Below, piece by piece: positions 1-9,575 of a stretch of 64,000 bases of DNA. The translations under genes were made by a program, and so were the position numbers. Positions within the stretch are counted from its first letter, which is position 1. Every line of letters starts with the position of its first letter. The notes beneath the pieces were generated by a model. That model was not told where the DNA came from and made no database searches. It saw only the letters and a program-made list of their open reading frames with translations. The DNA comes from Candidatus Thorarchaeota archaeon (GTDB lineage Archaea; Asgardarchaeota; Thorarchaeia; Thorarchaeales; Thorarchaeaceae), in NCBI GenBank assembly GCA_029855935.1, contig JAGSHN010000005.1, forward strand, positions 128,001 to 192,000. Reading direction: 5' to 3'.

Positions 1-771
1 ACCCATCAATGCAGGTTCTGCTGGAGAATTACGCCCTCTGACCTAGGTATAGAGTGGAACCAGTTGGAGGTTGGCCAGGAGGAAGTCATGGACCCCGAGG
101 AGCTTCTCGATGCCGTGCTGATGGCCAATGTTCGATCTCTGGGGGGATACAACCCCGAGGCCGGGGCGAGTGTACCTCAAGAGAAGTATGTTGAGGCAAG
201 GTCACCGAAACACGTAGCCATATCGCTGGCAGGTGAGCCGACACTCTACCCCAGACTGGGGGAGTTTATCGATGTCATTCACAGGCGAGGGATGACATCT
301 TTTCTTGTCACAAACGGAACGCGGCCAAGGGTCCTGCGGAGCCTAATCGAGCCAACGCAGCTCTACATCACATTGACAGCACCAGACGAGAAGACCTACA
401 GGCGAATATCAAGACCAATGATAAAGAATGGATGGGAGCAGTTGCAAGAGGCACAGGAACTGTTGCAGTCGATGTCGTGTAGGACCGCGAATCGACTGAC
501 GATGGTGTTTGGACACAATATGCATCACCTGAGAGGCTATGCCAAGCTCATTCTTGGTGGGTTGCCCGATTTCGTGGAGGTGAAAGGATACATGTTCCTA
601 GGAGCATCTAGAGCAAGACTGAAACACAGTAATATGCCATCACATAGAGAGATTCGTGCCTTCGCGGCCAAGCTTGCCGCATTGACGGGGTACTATGTAC
701 AAGATGAGCAGGTAGAGAGCAGAGTCGTTCTACTCTCCAAGAGTAGACGGCCACCAAGAATCAGGACGTGA
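1..771 (+). CDS. taw1: 4-demethylwyosine synthase TYW1/Taw1 (radical SAM), 5'-truncated by window edge
   Basis: Frame 1 from base 1 reads THQCRFCWR (end of CxxxCxxC); HVAISLAGEPTLYP, FLVTNGT and VEVKGYMFLGASR motifs. Confidence 0.9.
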   Translation, partial: THQCRFCWRITPSDLGIEWNQLEVGQEEVMDPEELLDAVLMANVRSLGGYNPEAGASVPQEKYVEARSPKHVAISLAGEPTLYPRLGEFIDVIHRRGMTSFLVTNGTRPRVLRSLIEPTQLYITLTAPDEKTYRRISRPMIKNGWEQLQEAQELLQSMSCRTANRLTMVFGHNMHHLRGYAKLILGGLPDFVEVKGYMFLGASRARLKHSNMPSHREIRAFAAKLAALTGYYVQDEQVESRVVLLSKSRRPPRIRT

Positions 772-779
772 CATGTGGG

Positions 780-1427
780 ATGGACAAATCGGAGCTCAGA
801 GCCACCTTGGAAACAATCCGGCGAGAGATAGAAACAGACGACAAGGTGAGGGAGAAGATTCTCCCCCTTGTCAGACAGGCAGTGCGCCTGAGTAGTGATG
901 CTGTCAAGGAAACACACAGGGGAAACTACGATGCGGCATGGGACCTCGTCCGTAAGGCGCAGCAGATTGTTAGTGATGCCGAAGAACAACTCGCAGAGAG
1001 TGCCTTTCTGCAGAGAAGCCGAATTGTGGATGTTGCATACCAAGAACTTGTTGAGGCGGCCAACATCTTGTCCATACTAAAGGACGGAAGATATACTCGG
1101 CCTGACGAACTGGGTGTGCCAAGTAGGCCCTACCTTACCGGGCTGGCTGATACTGTGGGCGAGCTGAGGAGAGCAGTTCTCGACTCAATCAGACGGGGCG
1201 AGCTCGATAGTGCAGAGAGGCTGCTGCAATACATGGAGGAGATACTCGACGAGTTGAACACGTTCGACTTTCCGAGCGCACTGGTGCCCGATCTGCGCAG
1301 GAAGTGCGATGTTGCACGGAGTCTCGTGGAGCGATCACGAGGCGAACTCACTCTTGCCCTGTATCAGGACCGTCTGATCAACGAACTCAGGTTGTTCGAG
1401 AAGAGGATAGAGGAGATGAAACAATGA
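780..1427 (+). CDS. Translin/C3PO-family protein
   Basis: DDKVREKI, AYQELVEA, YLTGLADTVGELRR and LRRKCDVAR match archaeal translin family. Confidence 0.8.
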   Translation: MDKSELRATLETIRREIETDDKVREKILPLVRQAVRLSSDAVKETHRGNYDAAWDLVRKAQQIVSDAEEQLAESAFLQRSRIVDVAYQELVEAANILSILKDGRYTRPDELGVPSRPYLTGLADTVGELRRAVLDSIRRGELDSAERLLQYMEEILDELNTFDFPSALVPDLRRKCDVARSLVERSRGELTLALYQDRLINELRLFEKRIEEMKQ

Positions 1428-2101
1428 CATCACCCGAGATGTGGTTCACCCTCTACGCAATAGCAGGGAAGGGTGCGGTTCACAGGCGTGTGACTATGAC
1501 AACCCGCGAGTTGGGAGCAATGCTCGGCGTCAGTCAGCAGACGGCATCAAGACGCCTTGCAGAGTGCGTACGTGCGGGACTAGTCTTGAAGAGCCACTCG
1601 GTCAATGGGACGATTTTGCAGCTCACCGAAGAGGGCATCAGAGAGCTTGAGCGGGTTCTACAGGGGCTGGAGGCGGTATTTGCACCTCCGAGGGACGAGA
1701 TAGTGATAGTGGGAAAGGTCACGGAGGGACTTGGCGAGGGAGCATACTATGTGGACATCTATGCGCAGAAGTTTCAGGAGGCACTCGGGTTTCGTCCTTT
1801 CCCTGGAACATTGAACGTCAGAGTGATTGATGAAGAGTCACGTCGAGCAGTGAACATGATGAAGAAGAGCCCACCCCTGATAGTTCCGGGTTTCGTCCAC
1901 GAGGGTCGTACCTTTGGTGACGTCATATGTTATCGAGTAAAGGTCGGTGAGGATATCAATGCAGCAATAGTGATTGCCCAACGGACCCATCATAGCTCAG
2001 ACATTCTAGAATTGGTCGCACCTGTCAATCTTAGAAGGAAACTCGGTCTTCGTAATGATGATACGATAACCCTGCGGGTGGTCCCCCTTCACAGAGCGTA
2101 G
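1424..2101 (+). CDS. ribK: HTH-fused CTP-dependent riboflavin kinase (RbkR/RibK)
   Basis: N-terminal HTH (LGVSQQTASRRL); GLGEGAYY, PFPGTLN, LELVAPVNLR; ATGA overlap with upstream stop. Confidence 0.9.
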   Translation: MTSPEMWFTLYAIAGKGAVHRRVTMTTRELGAMLGVSQQTASRRLAECVRAGLVLKSHSVNGTILQLTEEGIRELERVLQGLEAVFAPPRDEIVIVGKVTEGLGEGAYYVDIYAQKFQEALGFRPFPGTLNVRVIDEESRRAVNMMKKSPPLIVPGFVHEGRTFGDVICYRVKVGEDINAAIVIAQRTHHSSDILELVAPVNLRRKLGLRNDDTITLRVVPLHRA

Positions 2102-2775
2102 TGACCAAACTCTCCAGTCAGAGGAACAAATGCAACTCCACCCCATCTCTGCTTGCGTAGCGCCGAGTCAGACTTCTTCTCGACAATGAACAATTCCTGG
2201 TAGAATCCTCTCCAGCCAAGAGGAATCACCATAATACCCCCAGGCCTGAGCTGCTCGACTAGAGGCGGAGGAATGTCGGGAGCTGCTGCAGTGACCAGTA
2301 TCCTGTCAAAGGGAGCATACTCAGGAAGACCGCGGCCACCATCTCCCTCAATCAGCGTCACACGATCAGCATAACCAGCGCGTTCCAAGTTCTTTCGTGC
2401 GAACCCGACAAGAGAACTCACAATCTCGACCGTATAGACGTGACCAGGATTGTTAGATCCCTCGGGCGCTACGATCTCTGCACATAGCGCAGCATGATAT
2501 CCAGAACCGGCTCCTACCTCCAGGACCCGGTGCCCCTCTTGAAGGCGGAGAAGCTCGCACATGATCACGCACATATGCGGCGCAGATATTGTCTGCCCAC
2601 CAAGGATGGGAAGGGGAGTGTCGCGATACGCATCAGACCGCATCTGGGGGAGAACAAACTCCTCACGTGGAACTAGATTCAGGGCCCGCTCCACGGACTT
2701 GCTCTTCAGATAACCCATCCTCTTCAGGTTGGCTATGAGCTGCTCCTTGCTGCTCGATCTCCGAAAGCCGAACAT
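2089..2775 (-). CDS. pcm: Protein-L-isoaspartate O-methyltransferase
   Basis: VPREEF, GQTISAPHM, VLEVGAGSGY, APFDRILVTAAA, FVPL; start trimmed to MFGFRR. Confidence 0.93.
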   Translation of the reverse strand: MFGFRRSSSKEQLIANLKRMGYLKSKSVERALNLVPREEFVLPQMRSDAYRDTPLPILGGQTISAPHMCVIMCELLRLQEGHRVLEVGAGSGYHAALCAEIVAPEGSNNPGHVYTVEIVSSLVGFARKNLERAGYADRVTLIEGDGGRGLPEYAPFDRILVTAAAPDIPPPLVEQLRPGGIMVIPLGWRGFYQELFIVEKKSDSALRKQRWGGVAFVPLTGEFGHYAL

Positions 2776-2856
2776 CTGGCCCGCCTCTGATTGGCCGAAA
2801 CCACTGATGAACATGAGCCGACGCGTTGATAAAAGGCTTGAGTGGGATAGTGGGAT

Positions 2857-3285
2857 ATGAGGAGCATCCGGTTTAAGGCATTCGGCCACGAGAACATCAG
2901 AGCCACCCACAAAACGACCATAGAGATAACGAGGGAGGACCGTCTTACAACGAGAGGCGACTGTATCGTTGGTGTGAGGGCGACACTGGCCTTGGCCAGC
3001 CTCCCCTCTTGGGCCAAGGCTGCTGCAAGAAACCCATTGACTGAGATTGTCCTGAGATTGATTGTTGACGACTATGTACAGGAAGTGCGAGGTCATGGGA
3101 GTCCCGGGCTCACGTATGAGAGCGAAACATGCATGGTCGTACGACGCAGTAACTACACCTGCGGTAGAACCCTGATGGTTGGCGCTGACAAGGCCGCCCT
3201 CGACCTCGATAGGGAGTTCGTGAGAAGGCTCGTCCATCCAGAGGCCGTACTAGTATGCGAACTCCAGTACATCAGCCGATCATAA
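2857..3285 (+). CDS. DUF371-family protein
   Basis: GHENIRATHKTTIEIT, RGDCIVGV, ADKAALDL motifs. Confidence 0.85.
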   Translation: MRSIRFKAFGHENIRATHKTTIEITREDRLTTRGDCIVGVRATLALASLPSWAKAAARNPLTEIVLRLIVDDYVQEVRGHGSPGLTYESETCMVVRRSNYTCGRTLMVGADKAALDLDREFVRRLVHPEAVLVCELQYISRS

Positions 3286-4333
3286 TGTCGGCCACCATCT
3301 GGACCTCGTACGGGGCACTATCACGTACCCGCTGCACAGTACATATCTTGGCAACCTCGTAGCCCGCATTGTTGATTAGATGGAGGACCTTCTCGCGAAG
3401 TCTATTCTTGGCATCGGCACTTGGTACAAAATCATAGTAGTGAATTATGCCTCCCCCGCGCACTGCTAGGCAGACCTCGGCGATGAACTGGCTGGCACCG
3501 GAGGGGTGGTTCATTATGACGCGATCCACGTTGTGGTCGAAGTTCGCGGGGACATACTGATGGGCATCAGCAACAACAGGAATGACTGTACCTCGGAGCC
3601 TGTTCATCTCAAGACTCTCTCTGAGAAGCGCAATGGCATGCGGATTGATGTCTATTGCCGTGACGGTCGCCTGATGATTGCGGGCTATGTGGAGTGCGAA
3701 AGGACCAACGCCCGTGAACATGTCCAGTACGCTTTCGCCATCTTCAACTTGTGCGGCCACACGATGATGCTCCTCTAGTAGCCTAGGACTGAAATAGGCC
3801 ACAGCAAGATCGACCGCGATTCTACACCCATACTCAGTATGGACTGTCTTCGTCTTGCGTACTCCCGACAGTAGCTCATAGTCGCGGGTTCTAGTGATCC
3901 CAGAGATAGCACCGCGCTTACACAGAACGGTCGAGAAGTTGGGATGGAGAGAGTGAAAGGCCCGTCCAATCTCAAAGCGATATTCATACAGCTCTCGGGG
4001 AATCTCGAGAATTGCTATGTTTCCCACGGCATCATACGCGCGGGGGAGCAGGTGGAGGAGATGTCTAGGCAAGACCCCTGTAAGAGCCTCTTCAATTGTT
4101 GAGGGGCCTCTTCTCTTCACGGGAATCTCTCTACGGCCGTACTCCAAGAGAAGATTTCCCAGAGCTTGAGTCACCTCTTCGAGAGAGGCGTCTTGGTGGA
4201 GAGGCAGCAACAACGTGTCACTCTCGTGCAGAATTCGTCGCTTGGTGTCAAGGAGATGTTGCCGCTGAAGCAGTCGTTTGGCGAGTTCCCCATTCTTGAC
4301 AGCGACCCTTGCATAGGGAGTTTCGTCTGTCAT
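3272..4333 (-). CDS. trm5: tRNA (guanine-37-N1)-methyltransferase Trm5 family
   Basis: YDAVGNIAI, YFSPRL, DMFTGVGPF, DINP, RVIMNHP. Confidence 0.85.
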   Translation of the reverse strand: MTDETPYARVAVKNGELAKRLLQRQHLLDTKRRILHESDTLLLPLHQDASLEEVTQALGNLLLEYGRREIPVKRRGPSTIEEALTGVLPRHLLHLLPRAYDAVGNIAILEIPRELYEYRFEIGRAFHSLHPNFSTVLCKRGAISGITRTRDYELLSGVRKTKTVHTEYGCRIAVDLAVAYFSPRLLEEHHRVAAQVEDGESVLDMFTGVGPFALHIARNHQATVTAIDINPHAIALLRESLEMNRLRGTVIPVVADAHQYVPANFDHNVDRVIMNHPSGASQFIAEVCLAVRGGGIIHYYDFVPSADAKNRLREKVLHLINNAGYEVAKICTVQRVRDSAPYEVQMVADIMIG

Positions 4334-4426
4334 CACTACTGGAACTAGGGGACTGACCTAAGACCATTGTGATACGATCCTTGATCACGCAACAGGTAAG
4401 AGCACCCAGCCAAGAAACGAAGCAAA

Positions 4427-5485
4427 TCATAAGAAACGTATGTACTCTTGACCAGCGCCCTTCATCGTCCCGACCATCACCTGATATAGCGGCTCAGAGT
4501 CAGAACGTGGGACTTTGTCTACTCGTTGAAGCATGCCACAGACCTCGATTCTGTCCCCAGAGCGTAACAGACCGCGATATGCGCCCTCGTAAATCATCAG
4601 TCGGGTCACACGGAACGGGTGAATCAATTCTATCGGGTCTGAGATACCATAGAGAATCGACGGGAGAAAGATGCTGAACGTGTCATCGTGTATCGTCATC
4701 ACGGTCCGAATGGGCTGCGGGGACACGTTTCTGTACACCTCCGACCCGTGCAAAATCGGAGCCTCGTCAGGCATGAGAATTGGAGTGACACCGATGGAGA
4801 AGCCGTCGATACACAATGCTCTGCGACGCTCAAACAGGGTCTGAAGGTCACTCATAGTCAGATGGGTTGATCGCCCCAGCAGCCTCTGCTTTGATCTCAC
4901 CCACTCAGACTCTGGCCGTAGTTCGATGTAGGGCGCCTCTTCGGCCAATGTGTCATAGCCGTGCTCAAGGCGCCAACCGTTCTCCAAACCGTAGACATTC
5001 ATATTGACATCGGAGATTTCAGGGTCGTGAGCATTCCAGGCGACACTACCACCGACACCAATCCGTTCGAGCGGGATGTGTAGAACATCGTGTATGGCCT
5101 CAGCAAGACGCAGGGCTCGTTTCTCCAGAATGTCGGCGGGTCCATTCTTGACTATCGACTCCAGACGGCGATCGGGTAGAAAGTAGGAGGAGATGCTGGA
5201 CACGTGTATCTCGGGCAGTACTGTGCCAAAGTGCGAGTCGTAACGGAGAAAGTCCCTGGGGATTTGACTCTCCGCGGAGATCACAGACTCGACACCGCCC
5301 CAGAAGACCCGACGATATGTCTTGCCGGAGGACCTCCAGCGACCTCCCTCGTCGGGAACATACTTCAGGAACACCAGTACATGCTGCGGCGGTTGAATAT
5401 GACCAAGAACCGTATATACGCAGCCCTCACCATCTTGGACAATATCGCGGTCACGAAACCAGTTCAGTCTCTCCGTCAACACCAA
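4427..5485 (-). CDS. Predicted archaeal nucleotidyltransferase-domain protein (COG1665-like)
   Basis: FRDRD, GHIQPP, LKYVPD N-terminus; IGVGGS...SDVN pol-beta-like motif with second Asp replaced by Asn; C-terminal OB-like GDRIEVCG. Confidence 0.65.
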   Translation of the reverse strand: MVLTERLNWFRDRDIVQDGEGCVYTVLGHIQPPQHVLVFLKYVPDEGGRWRSSGKTYRRVFWGGVESVISAESQIPRDFLRYDSHFGTVLPEIHVSSISSYFLPDRRLESIVKNGPADILEKRALRLAEAIHDVLHIPLERIGVGGSVAWNAHDPEISDVNMNVYGLENGWRLEHGYDTLAEEAPYIELRPESEWVRSKQRLLGRSTHLTMSDLQTLFERRRALCIDGFSIGVTPILMPDEAPILHGSEVYRNVSPQPIRTVMTIHDDTFSIFLPSILYGISDPIELIHPFRVTRLMIYEGAYRGLLRSGDRIEVCGMLQRVDKVPRSDSEPLYQVMVGTMKGAGQEYIRFL

Positions 5486-5552
5486 TCACGCCAGTCTTGC
5501 CAGTGAGAAACGTAGATAGGGAACAGCCTCCTGCGTTCCAGTGTGTAAGCTG

Positions 5553-6761
5553 ATGAGAATTCTCCACTTATGTGATAGTATTAATCCAGCGGGTCTCGGA
5601 GGTTACGAGTCATATCTGCGAACACTCGCGAAACGATTGACACATCTAGGCCATGAAACAATGATTGTGACTCAGACGTCAGGCAGGAATCTACCTCGAA
5701 GAGAGGAACTGCCCACGCACACAATCATCAGACTGGATGGCAATCTACTGGAGGCAAGAAAGTGGGAGTTTCTGGAGTTGCCACCTGCAGAGAGAGAGGA
5801 GGTGGTAGATGACCTCTTTGCCAGCGACGACTTGGAGAGAAATGTGGACCTGCTTGTCACCGAGCTTGACAACGTACTCGAGGAAATTCAGCCGGATGTG
5901 ATACACGCTCACAGCACCTATGTCGTGTTCAATCGCGTACTTGAAACTATGAGGGAGCATTATCACATTCAGACGCCACTGGTATTGACAGTCCACGGGC
6001 TTCCCAAGCCGTTGATACTGCCTAGCGGTGAGAACACGACCGACTATGAGCAACTTGCAACGCACTGTCCCTTCGATGTGGTGTATGGAGTCAGTAAGCA
6101 TGTGACAGCCAGCCTCGAGAAACACCTCAGATCGGACATTCGGATTGAAGCAATGTATCTCGGCGTGGACGCGGAACTCTTCAGTCCTGGAGAAGACTAT
6201 GGCAGTCGGTGGGACTTGGTATTCGCGGGGCGAATCGAGAAGGTGAAGGGAGTCGATCTGTTCCCCGATATGCTCAGGCTCCTGAGCAAGAAGAACCCCA
6301 GGATGAGTATGGCAATCACAGGTGCGGGCAGCTATGAGGAACAACTGCGCGCCGACCTTGAGAGCACTGGCACAATCGACATGGTCACATTCCTTGGTGT
6401 CGTAGACTGGGATGATGTGCCCCGAGCAATCAACTCCTCTCAGGTGTTCCTGTATCCATCGAGGAGAGAGCCATTTGGGCTCGCAATTGTAGAAGCTATG
6501 GCCTGTGAGAGAGCCGTTGTCTCATCAGACATCTTTGGCCCCACAGAGATAATCACACCTAACAAGGATGGAATGCTGGTTCGCCCAGATGACCCAAGAG
6601 TTCTTGCCGAAACCGTGTGGTGGTTGATGACACACGAACGCAAGCGTAGGATGATTGGAGCAGCAGCACGCCAGACGGTCCTCCAGCGCTTCGATATAGA
6701 TAGACACGTCAGACTGCTCCTATGTAAGTATGAGAAGATGAGAGATGGGGTGGGCAAGTGA
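5553..6761 (+). CDS. Glycosyltransferase family 4 (GT-B)
   Basis: GGYE, PDVIHAH, FAGRIEKVKG, EPFGLAIVEAMAC. Confidence 0.9.
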   Translation: MRILHLCDSINPAGLGGYESYLRTLAKRLTHLGHETMIVTQTSGRNLPRREELPTHTIIRLDGNLLEARKWEFLELPPAEREEVVDDLFASDDLERNVDLLVTELDNVLEEIQPDVIHAHSTYVVFNRVLETMREHYHIQTPLVLTVHGLPKPLILPSGENTTDYEQLATHCPFDVVYGVSKHVTASLEKHLRSDIRIEAMYLGVDAELFSPGEDYGSRWDLVFAGRIEKVKGVDLFPDMLRLLSKKNPRMSMAITGAGSYEEQLRADLESTGTIDMVTFLGVVDWDDVPRAINSSQVFLYPSRREPFGLAIVEAMACERAVVSSDIFGPTEIITPNKDGMLVRPDDPRVLAETVWWLMTHERKRRMIGAAARQTVLQRFDIDRHVRLLLCKYEKMRDGVGK

Positions 6762-6807
6762 GGGGCGAGATCCCCTCACTCGCGGGGCTAGAGGTCTTGA
6801 TGTTGGC

Positions 6808-7458
6808 TTATATTCGCTTCTTGCAGAAGAACCAGTCAGCGCAGTCATATCCTTCTCTCAGCCGCTTCTCAGCCTCTTCCGCGGTCTGGGGAGGAGGAAC
6901 AATGACTTCATCGCCGGGCTGCCAGTTCGCAGGAGTCGCGACACCGTACTTGTCGGACACCTGGAATGCGTCTATGGCCCGGAGAATCTCCTGCATATTG
7001 CGACCATTGCTGAGGGGGTAGTAAATCAATGCCCTCAGCTTGAACTCAGGATCTATGAAGAAGACGGCACGCACAGCCGCTGTTGAGCTCTGGGCGGGAT
7101 GTATCATTCCGTACTTTCGGGCGACATTCATACTGAGGTCCTCGATTATGGGGAATGGGATGTCTTTGCCCAGCTTCTCGCGAATTGTGCGTGTCCAGGC
7201 GATATGGGAATAGATGCTGTCAATGCTGAGGCCAATGAGCTTCACATTTCGTTTTCGAAGCTCGTCATAGATATCAGCGAAAGCCATGAACTCTGTCGTG
7301 CAGACTGGTGTGAAGTCAGCAGGATGAGAGAAGAGTATGACCCAGCTGCCCTTCGCCCATTCTGAGAACTTGATTCGACCATGGGTTGTGTTCGCCTCGA
7401 AGTCAGGAACCTCTTCGCCTATCAGTAGCATTCTTCTTTCCGATTCTTGTGATTCCAT
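6808..7458 (-). CDS. Peroxiredoxin (Prx6/archaeal type)
   Basis: [30 protein letters not shown]-terminal DWFFC; GGTGAG SD upstream. Confidence 0.93.
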   Translation of the reverse strand: MESQESERRMLLIGEEVPDFEANTTHGRIKFSEWAKGSWVILFSHPADFTPVCTTEFMAFADIYDELRKRNVKLIGLSIDSIYSHIAWTRTIREKLGKDIPFPIIEDLSMNVARKYGMIHPAQSSTAAVRAVFFIDPEFKLRALIYYPLSNGRNMQEILRAIDAFQVSDKYGVATPANWQPGDEVIVPPPQTAEEAEKRLREGYDCADWFFCKKRI

Positions 7459-7469
7459 GAGTCTCACCT

Positions 7470-7590
7470 TGTAGGGAATATTGATTACAATTCCCTGGAT
7501 TAATTTAGAATCATTCGTATTTAAGGGTTATTATGTATAAAAACGCCATTAAAAGAAGAGTTTTATTGATTCGTGTGTCAGTCAATTGTG
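7470..7590. promoter_or_regulatory. AT-rich divergent promoter region between prx and fur, with candidate operators
   Basis: Sharp AT enrichment; imperfect inverted repeat 7473-7496; Fur/Per-box-like TTAGAATCATTCGTA at 7505-7519. Confidence 0.55.
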
Positions 7591-7593
7591 ACA

Positions 7594-8055
7594 ATGAGGC
7601 TCACGAGGAAAGAGATTGCAGAGATGATTAGAAGTAGAGGCTATCGAGCCACACCTCAGAGGGTGGCCATTTACGAGGCCGTGTGGAGAGCAGGCTCTCA
7701 CCCGACAGTGGCCGAGATCTACGAGTATGCCACGAAGAGCGATCCGTCGATAAGCCTCGCGACCGTATACAACACTCTGCATCTGCTTGAGGAGATAGGG
7801 CTCGTCCAAGAGCTGAGTGCAAGGGACGGGTCTGCTAGGTACGACCCCGACGTCCATTTCCATATCAACATAGTCTGTCGGTCGTGTGGAAAAGTCGTTG
7901 ACTACGAGTACAAACCACTCGACAAGCTTGCGAAGGACATACAGGAGGTAACTGGATTCGGAATCACCGTACCTGTGTTTGAGGTAAAGGGACTATGTAG
8001 TGACTGTAGAGCGGAAAATCAAGAGACGGCGATAGCCTCAGTCAGAGAGATGTAG
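7594..8055 (+). CDS. Fur/PerR-family transcriptional regulator
   Basis: TPQRVAI, HPTVAEIY, SLATVYNTL, HFHINIVCRSCGKVVD, CSDC. Confidence 0.9.
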   Translation: MRLTRKEIAEMIRSRGYRATPQRVAIYEAVWRAGSHPTVAEIYEYATKSDPSISLATVYNTLHLLEEIGLVQELSARDGSARYDPDVHFHINIVCRSCGKVVDYEYKPLDKLAKDIQEVTGFGITVPVFEVKGLCSDCRAENQETAIASVREM

Positions 8056-8294
8056 CTCCGTTGCACACTTGGACATCACCATTCTCTTCTCAATGTATGA
8101 CCAAAGATGGGAGCGATTGAAAGGAGGCAGACGTATCCGCAGTTCCCCACTCGAAGCTGCCCCCCAGTGGCAGTGACTAGATTGGGCGCATACAAATGCT
8201 ACAGCAGTCCAGGCTGTCGGAGGATATGAGAACACTCTCGAACGCAATGCACTTGCGTCAACTCGCGACTGGAGATCAACAAGAAGAGAGATAA

Positions 8295-8395
8295 TGGCGG
8301 GCCAGGAGGGATTCGAACCCTCGACCAACAGGTGACTCCACTCCCGTATCGGGAACTTAAGAGCCTGTCGCTATACCTGGCTTAGCCACTGGCCC
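8295..8395 (-). tRNA. tRNA-Lys(CTT) with 24-nt canonical 37/38 intron (8334-8357), CCA encoded
   Basis: Acceptor GGGCCAG/CTGGCCC; anticodon stem ACAGG/CCTGT with loop CT-CTT-A^A; GGTTCGAATCC T-arm; BHB geometry; TATAAA about 26 nt upstream. Confidence 0.93.
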
Positions 8396-8443
8396 CTGCA
8401 CTTGGATGGCGGTCGTTCAATTTATAGAGATTGCGGTGAGAAC

Positions 8444-9440
8444 GGCTCTGTGGAAAAAGTCGATGACGTAATACAAAGTGATGTGACCAGACTGACTGTA
8501 TCTCACAATCTATGTCCTACTACAGATCATACGGTACAGCCAAGTCTCGTCACACTCTATTCTTGCTTGAGGAACTTATCAAGCTTAGTGTTATGGTACC
8601 GACTCGAAGTTCCAACTTTGGCAGACCCCCAGACTCTCCACTCCCCGTCCTCTTTGTTCTTCTGGGTCTCAAGTTCGACTCAGGTCTCAGTTATCGGGAC
8701 TTTGTTGCTTGGCTCTCTCTCACCACTGCTCCTCCAACGACTTGGTCTTGAGCGTCCGCCCTCCTACTCACTTCTTCAGAAGACACTGAAGCGACTGGAC
8801 ACCCGCCTCCTCCACAGGATGTATCGGCTCCTCGCTCGGAGACACCCTCCGCCCAGAGACGTCGCAGTGGACTCCACAGGCTTCTCCCACTCCACCGGTG
8901 GGGAATGGATGGCCGTCCGGTTCAAAAAGACCCGCAGACGGCGATCTACGGCGCTTCACGCGATTGTGGACACCGACACCCTGATGATCCACGGGGCCAG
9001 GGTGAAGACGCGACCCGGCGGTGATGCAAGAGAGTTGATCCCACTCCTGAGGAGTGTACCTCATCAGCGTCTCGAGACCGTCTACGGGGACAAGGCCTAC
9101 ATCTCACGAGAGAACGTACAGGCCATCCATGATCTGGGGGCCTATCCGTGTATCGAACCGAGGAGGGGGATGAGAGCCAGGTCCATAGGATACCGTGGCT
9201 ACAGGGAGTTGATCAGCGAATATAGACGAGATCCCGAGGGCTGGAAGAAGAGACACGACTATGGGAGGCGAGGCCTGGTGGAGACCGTATTTGGGATGAT
9301 GAGGGTGAGATTCACCGGGGGCCTGAGTTCAAGAAGACAGAGAGAACAGCGAAGAGAGTTGTTGATCAGAGTGATTCTGCACAACATAGAACGCCTGAAC
9401 ATTCTGGAGTGTGCCGGGAGGTGACTTTTTCCACAGGGCC
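8444..9440 (+). mobile_element. IS5-family insertion sequence, IS903-group-like, 997 bp
   Basis: 18-bp TIRs GGCTCTGTGGAAAAAGTC (8444-8461) and GACTTTTTCCACAGGGCC (9423-9440), 17/18 match; 9-bp direct repeat GGTGAGAAC at 8435-8443 and 9441-9449. Confidence 0.92.
8512..9424 (+). pseudogene. IS5 DDE transposase split by a +1 frameshift in a CT repeat (about 8713-8721)
   Basis: N-terminal part in ORF 8512-8751; catalytic part (VAVDSTG, YGDKAY, YGRRGLVETVFGMMR) in the next frame. Confidence 0.8.
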
Positions 9441-9575
9441 GGTGAGAACTGTATCGTGGGAGCCTTGTGCACTGGTGGAACCTCTCGTTATTGTGTGCTG
9501 ATAGGACTGGGCATATGACGGAAGTCATATAACGGGGTTGCAATCATCGGCCGAATAGACGGTACGCGCAAGGGA

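Noticed and set aside
2776-3237. Long N-terminal extension of pcm
   Set aside because: Antisense to the DUF371 gene; the Pcm domain starts near 2775
6808-7458. Selenocysteine peroxiredoxin
   Set aside because: Active site is Cys with no in-frame TGA; no SECIS-like element recognised
8056-8294. Possible sRNA or att site downstream of tRNA-Lys
   Set aside because: No C/D boxes, convincing stem or duplicated tRNA 3' end found by eye
8402-8712. Intact 340-aa transposase starting at 8402
   Set aside because: Start lies outside the left TIR; the real N-terminus is in the 8512 frame
8700-8751. Programmed -1 ribosomal frameshift
   Set aside because: The required shift is +1 and no A-rich slippery heptamer is present
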